From Promethearchaeota archaeon (GTDB lineage: Archaea; Asgardarchaeota; Lokiarchaeia; Sigyniarchaeales; SOKP01), in assembly GCA_048939995.1 (NCBI GenBank), contig JBHLOY010000003.1:96001-160000 (forward strand): a DNA stretch of 64,000 nucleotides, in the 5' to 3' direction. The notes beneath the pieces are model-generated. The model was not told the DNA's origin, did not search any database, and worked only from the letters and a program-made list of their open reading frames with translations. The number at the start of each line of letters is the position of its first letter. The stretch's first letter is position 1. Shown here one piece after another: positions 59,382 to 64,000 of this stretch. The position numbers and the translations under genes are program-made.

Positions 59382-59484
59382 GCGGGAAATGATAATTCTC
59401 ATAACTCAAGATCATCTTCATGAAATTGATAATTAATTATCAATTTTCAGTTGGGTCAGAGTTTTCAACGAAATCATTTCCCGC
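59382..59484. ncRNA. Candidate structured RNA: long rod hairpin with a K-turn on the minus strand
   Basis: Perfect 12-bp closing stem GCGGGAAATGAT/ATCATTTCCCGC, inner AACTC/GAGTT stem and an apical palindrome. Confidence 0.5.
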
Positions 59485-59502
59485 ATGATATTATTAATTT
59501 AC

Positions 59503-60138
59503 TTAAATTTTAACTTCTCCATCAATTTTAACAATTCTCCCATCAATATGCAATCTTCCATCACAAAATAACTCAATAGCTTTGGGGAATATTTTATGCT
59601 CCCATTCTAAGACTCTAGAACCTAAGGTTTCCTCAGTGTCAGTGTCATATACGGGAACACACTTTTGGATGATAATAGGTCCGTGATCTGCATGAACATC
59701 TACAAAGTGAACTGTAGCACCAGAAATCTTGACACCATATTCTAAAGCATCTTTATGAGCATGCATTCCTTTGAAGGCGGGTAATAAAGCAGGATGTATA
59801 TTCATAACGCTCCCATTAAACGTTTCAATGAATAATGGACTTACAAGTCTCATGTATCCTACTAAAATTATTAGATCACAATCGTATTTCTTTAGTACAT
59901 TAATCATTAATTGGTCAAAATACTCTCGTGGTTTATCTAAATATTTATCTGATTCTATTAATACAAAAGGAATATCATGCTTTTTTGCTCGCTCTATGCA
60001 ATATGCGTTTGGTTTATTACAGATAAGTATATCCACTGTAGCCTTTCCTTTCAAAATCCCATTTTCACATGCTATTACTATTGCTTCAAAATTACTTCCA
60101 GACCCACTTGCTATTGCACCTATCTTTACTATTTCCAT
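59503..60138 (-). CDS. purN: Phosphoribosylglycinamide formyltransferase
   Basis: SGSGSNFEAI, GYMR, NIHPALLP, GATVHFV and DHGPII motifs. Confidence 0.96.
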   Translation of the reverse strand: MEIVKIGAIASGSGSNFEAIVIACENGILKGKATVDILICNKPNAYCIERAKKHDIPFVLIESDKYLDKPREYFDQLMINVLKKYDCDLIILVGYMRLVSPLFIETFNGSVMNIHPALLPAFKGMHAHKDALEYGVKISGATVHFVDVHADHGPIIIQKCVPVYDTDTEETLGSRVLEWEHKIFPKAIELFCDGRLHIDGRIVKIDGEVKI

Positions 60139-60519
60139 AATAATCAGAAATTTCTATAATAATAAAACCTTTATATCTAATAGAGTTTCAATTGCTTAAT
60201 AATAATATAAATCATAACGATTGGCCTATGAAAAGCCTCATTACATTATAATGAAAATGTTTTTATTTGATTAACTTATATATAATATGTATCTTAGAAG
60301 TTAGAAGTCATTTATTCTTATATTTGATCTTTTAAATTTATCTCTTATTATCTAAGAGAAGTAAGAACTAATTATAGATTATTATTCAAATATCCATAAT
60401 ATTCATGTGTTAAAGATTTAGAAATAAGATTTAATTGAGATTTATTAAAAACTCATTAGAGAATAATTAATATTTGGAAAATCCTAAATAAAAAACTATT
60501 TTAAAAGAATTGAAGTATT

Positions 60520-62430
60520 ATGAGTTCTGAGCAAGAATTACAAAGAATCAAAAATGAGATTGTCCAAAATTTACCCGATGATATAAAAGTCCAGAAAATC
60601 GAATTTGAAGGTCCTGAAATTGCGGTTTATTCAGAAAACTCGAATCTTGATATGATCGAAGGCTCTGATGTTTTGAAAGATTTAGCAAAAACTATGAGAA
60701 AAAGAGTTGTATTTCGATGGAATGTTGAGAAACGTAAGGAACCTTCAGAAACTGAAGAATATATTAGAAACTTGGTTGGTGAAGAAGCAGAAATAACGAA
60801 TATAGAGTTCGATCATACTCGCGGGGAAGTGATAATTGAGTCTGTAAAACCCGGTCTCGTTATAGGAAAAAAAGGTGTAAATCTAAAAGAAATCCGAGTT
60901 AATACCTTTTGGCAACCTAAAACTATTCGGACCCCTCCCTTAACATCAAAAACAATTCAACTTATTAGAGGAATGTTAACAAGGGAACGCCAAAGCCAAA
61001 AGGACATTCTCTTAAGAATAGGAAGGAGAATACATAGACCAATTCTTTTCAAGGATTTAGATATTAGACTGACAGCTTTAGGTGGGTTTAGAGAAGTAGG
61101 AAGATCCTGTATTTTAATGCAAACAAGAGATAGCAATATATTACTTGATGTTGGATTAAATGTGGGGAATAATAATGACAAATTTCCTTATTTTGATATC
61201 CCTGAATTTTCTCTACGCGATCTTGATGCTGTTATTATATCCCATGCTCACTTGGATCATTGCGGTATGGTCCCATTTCTTTATAAATATGGTTATCGTG
61301 GCCCTGTATATTGTACTTTGCCAACTCGCAATTTAGCTACTATGCTACAATTAGATTATATTCAAATAGCAGAAAAAGAAGGCACAACCCCTCCATATTC
61401 TAGAAGAGATGTTAAGACTGCAGTATTACACACTATCCCTCTATCATGGGGAAAGGTCACTGATATAGCACCAGATATAAAGCTTACGCTTCATAATTCC
61501 GGGCATATCCTTGGTTCTTCAATAATACATCTCCATTTCGGTAAGGGCGGTTTTAACTTCATTTACACGGGCGACATGAAGTATCAGAAAACTAGGTTGC
61601 TCGAAAAGGCGAATGTGAAGTTTCCACGCGTGGAAGCTCTACTTATCGAGGCAACTTACGGTGGTCCTCAAGATCGGATTCCAAGTCGCCAAGATTCTGA
61701 GAAAGAGCTAAGACAGATTCTCATAAGTACTCTCAATCGCGGAGGAAAAGTTTTAATTCCTGTGTTAGCGGTAGGTCGTGCACAAGAACTAATTATAGTG
61801 CTCGAAGAGCTTATATCGAAGGGTCTCATTGATCGCGTCCCCATATTTTTAGACGGCTTAATTGCAGAGGCAACTGCCATCCATACGGCTCATCCTGACT
61901 ATTTGAGCTCAGATTTGAGAGAAAAGATCCTCCATCAAGGAAAGAACCCCTTTCTAAGTGATTTTTTCACGACAATCAGCACTCCTGAAGAAAGAATGGA
62001 TGTAATAAGGGGTGGTCCTTGTATAATTCTCGCAACCAGTGGTATGTTAATCGGGGGTCCTTCAGTACAATATTTGCGGTCCTTAGCAGAAGATAAAAAT
62101 AATTCCTTGATTTTTGTCTCATATCAGGTTAATGGGACATTAGGAAGCCGAATACAAAAGGGATTTCGGGAATTCCAGTATGTTGATGATAGAGGTAGAA
62201 CACAACTCGTACGATTAAACTTGAGTGTATTTACATTAGAGGGCTTTAGCGGGCACTCATCTCGCAGCCAGATTTCGCAATTTTTAAGGAGAATTCAGCC
62301 ACGACCAAAAGTAGTGATCACCAATCACGGAGAGGAAAGCAAGTGTGTGAGCTTATCGACGATGATCCATAAAAAGTTGCGGAAGGCTACCAAAAGTCCC
62401 AAAAATAGAGAGACTATTCTATTAAAGTAG
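60520..62430 (+). CDS. fttA: aCPSF1 / FttA beta-CASP ribonuclease with KH domains
   Basis: EFEGPEI, KPGLVIGKKG, EVGRS, SHAHLDH, GHILGS, TGD, ATSGML and FSGHS motifs. Confidence 0.96.
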   Translation: MSSEQELQRIKNEIVQNLPDDIKVQKIEFEGPEIAVYSENSNLDMIEGSDVLKDLAKTMRKRVVFRWNVEKRKEPSETEEYIRNLVGEEAEITNIEFDHTRGEVIIESVKPGLVIGKKGVNLKEIRVNTFWQPKTIRTPPLTSKTIQLIRGMLTRERQSQKDILLRIGRRIHRPILFKDLDIRLTALGGFREVGRSCILMQTRDSNILLDVGLNVGNNNDKFPYFDIPEFSLRDLDAVIISHAHLDHCGMVPFLYKYGYRGPVYCTLPTRNLATMLQLDYIQIAEKEGTTPPYSRRDVKTAVLHTIPLSWGKVTDIAPDIKLTLHNSGHILGSSIIHLHFGKGGFNFIYTGDMKYQKTRLLEKANVKFPRVEALLIEATYGGPQDRIPSRQDSEKELRQILISTLNRGGKVLIPVLAVGRAQELIIVLEELISKGLIDRVPIFLDGLIAEATAIHTAHPDYLSSDLREKILHQGKNPFLSDFFTTISTPEERMDVIRGGPCIILATSGMLIGGPSVQYLRSLAEDKNNSLIFVSYQVNGTLGSRIQKGFREFQYVDDRGRTQLVRLNLSVFTLEGFSGHSSRSQISQFLRRIQPRPKVVITNHGEESKCVSLSTMIHKKLRKATKSPKNRETILLK

Positions 62431-62551
62431 AATTTAAAACATTTTTCTGATCATGAGAAGCTTAATACCTTAAAAATATCTCTATTTTATTTTCTGTGAA
62501 GAATTAATTTTTTTAAATACCAATTATTTATTAATTTAAAATCTTCCTTAA

Positions 62552-63508
62552 GTGGTACTTTTGGTGTTTAGAAATTTCAAAATAAAAAATCATCTCACTA
62601 CATTAATTAGACGGATTGTTCAGATCGTAGCCTTTCTATTAGTAAATTTAATTATCCTCGAATTCGTCTTTTCGATTAACCTTATAGGATTAGAAGGCAT
62701 CCTAAAAGTACTTCCAATTTTGAATTCACCAAGAAATCCTCTTTCAGAAGGTGCAGGTATTCTTGAATATATATTTTATAGTATGGCAAGTGGTGTTTTT
62801 CCTTTCTTACTTATTGCGATCTTTTTATTAATCTTACTCTTTACAAATAGATTTTTTTGTGGTTGGATATGTCCTATTGGGTCAATACAAGATGTATGTG
62901 CAGCTATTCCCGTGAAGAAAAAGCCAATTAAGCCAAAAACTCATAAAACTTTACTAAACATAAAGTATGTATTTATTATTTTGTTAGTTATCCTTATTGT
63001 TCCTCTTGGAATTACAAAAGTAACTAATATTGTTGCTTATGAAGATTTTCGAGAACAATTAGGTTTATTTGCCCAAAAACCCATAGGTTTTTTTTCCCTT
63101 TCAGAATACATTTTTGTGTTTTTTCCACAGATGATTACTGAAATCTTTTTATCTGGTGGATTACAGCCTCTTTTTGCTAATCTTGGTGGATTTATTATCT
63201 TTATCTATTACTTAATAATTATTGTCCTTTCAACACGATATCCAAGATTCTATTGCCGATATCTCTGTCCTTTTGCTGCGGTTTCTTCGGTTGTAACTGA
63301 TTTTTCCTTTTTGAAATTATCAAGGAATCCCGTTAGATGCGTAGGAAGATCTGAATGTGGAGAATGTGAAAGAGTTTGTCCAAAACAAATTCGAATGCTA
63401 GATGAGCCTTTTGAGTTTTTTACGGGTAGAGGAGAGTGTAATCTTTGCTTAAAATGTAAAGAAACTTGCCCCTATGACGCAATTAATTTAAAGTTTGGTA
63501 CGTTTTAA
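62552..63508 (+). CDS. Membrane polyferredoxin (NapH/MauN-like 4Fe-4S binding protein)
   Basis: RFFCGWICP.G and RFYCRYLCP motifs, plus C-terminal CxxCxxxCP and CxxCxxCxxxCP. Confidence 0.88.
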   Translation: MVLLVFRNFKIKNHLTTLIRRIVQIVAFLLVNLIILEFVFSINLIGLEGILKVLPILNSPRNPLSEGAGILEYIFYSMASGVFPFLLIAIFLLILLFTNRFFCGWICPIGSIQDVCAAIPVKKKPIKPKTHKTLLNIKYVFIILLVILIVPLGITKVTNIVAYEDFREQLGLFAQKPIGFFSLSEYIFVFFPQMITEIFLSGGLQPLFANLGGFIIFIYYLIIIVLSTRYPRFYCRYLCPFAAVSSVVTDFSFLKLSRNPVRCVGRSECGECERVCPKQIRMLDEPFEFFTGRGECNLCLKCKETCPYDAINLKFGTF

Positions 63509-63571
63509 TGAATTTGATTTTTAGTACTATGAATTTATATTTTAAGAAAGATATCTTTTTGGTAAACAAAT

Positions 63572-64000
63572 ATGGATTCTAATAATATTGAGAACTTAAA
63601 ACTGCGGATGCGTAAAGATACAGAAGTCGGTATTCATGGTATACTAAATTCCCGAGCTTTAAGATATTATGATGAAGAGGAGGACGATAATGATGATATT
63701 CGCCCCCCATTTTTTAGGGATGTCGATCGGATTGTTCATTCGAAAGCTTATGCCCGTTATATAGATAAAACTCAAGTATTTTTTGAAATAAATAACGCCA
63801 ACATTACTCATAGATCTTTACATGTAATACTTGTTTCTAGGGTAGCCCGCCAAATTGGTAGAGTCTTAAGATTAAATAATGATCTGATAGAGGCTTGTGC
63901 TCTTGCTCATGATATTGGGCATACTTGTTATGGACATATTGGAGAACAAATATTAGATGATATCAGTAAACGTGAAAAAATTGGTTCTTTTAATCATAAT
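63572..64000 (+). CDS. dgt: dGTP triphosphohydrolase-family HD protein (3'-truncated by window edge)
   Basis: Translated by hand: RPPFFRDVDRIVHSKAYARYIDKTQVF..HRSLH..AHDIGHTCYGHIGE..FNHN. Confidence 0.88.
   Translation, partial: MDSNNIENLKLRMRKDTEVGIHGILNSRALRYYDEEEDDNDDIRPPFFRDVDRIVHSKAYARYIDKTQVFFEINNANITHRSLHVILVSRVARQIGRVLRLNNDLIEACALAHDIGHTCYGHIGEQILDDISKREKIGSFNHN

Noticed and set aside
59382-59484. SECIS element (Lokiarchaeia are reported to have eukaryote-like SECIS)
   Set aside because: UGA-N12-AA is present on the minus strand, but the apical part is too long and helix II is weak. Neither flanking gene has an in-frame TGA.
59382-59484. Degenerate tRNA or H/ACA guide RNA
   Set aside because: The ends resemble an acceptor stem, but there is no T-arm or anticodon arm and no ACA box after the stem.
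1909-61880. Short antisense or overlapping ORFs in the track (e.g. 7503-7814, 16544-16933, 58610-59056, 59771-60199)
   Set aside because: They lie on or opposite well-supported genes and show no recognisable motifs, so they are treated as shadow ORFs.
1-64000. CRISPR array, IS elements, or a provirus at either tRNA
   Set aside because: No spaced direct repeats, transposase or integrase were seen, and no duplicated tRNA 3' end was found.

Overview
AT-rich (roughly 30% GC by eye) archaeal chromosome segment. The gene content fits an Asgard archaeon of the Lokiarchaeia type: a ubiquitin-like protein, a Roadblock/LC7 protein, a uDENN/longin-like protein, SepCysS, an EF-2 paralog lacking the diphthamide loop, aCPSF1, proteasome beta and the Sm-L37e pair. 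The taxonomic call is an inference. About 60 CDSs and 2 tRNA genes are supported. No CRISPR array, integrase or transposase was seen. The main finding is a ~10 kb putative inositol-phosphate locus at 44.6-54.2 kb. It contains four ATP-grasp proteins (three with the ITPK1-type D-x-N signature, one degenerate) around a myo-inositol-1-phosphate synthase, plus a HAD phosphatase with a poly-lysine helical tail, a membrane-anchored GH-D-clan glycosidase and an MFS transporter. Other notable items are a tRNA-Leu(UAA) split by two D-arm introns, a tRNA-splicing endonuclease subunit lacking the catalytic His, a K-turn-bearing ~103-nt structured RNA upstream of the EF-2 paralog, an IFT52/GIFT-like protein, an Ltp3/Ltp4-DUF35 aldolase-like operon, and an LRR gene interrupted by TAG whose downstream part ends in a PIP-box. 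All calls come from motif recognition without database searches, and literature references are from memory.
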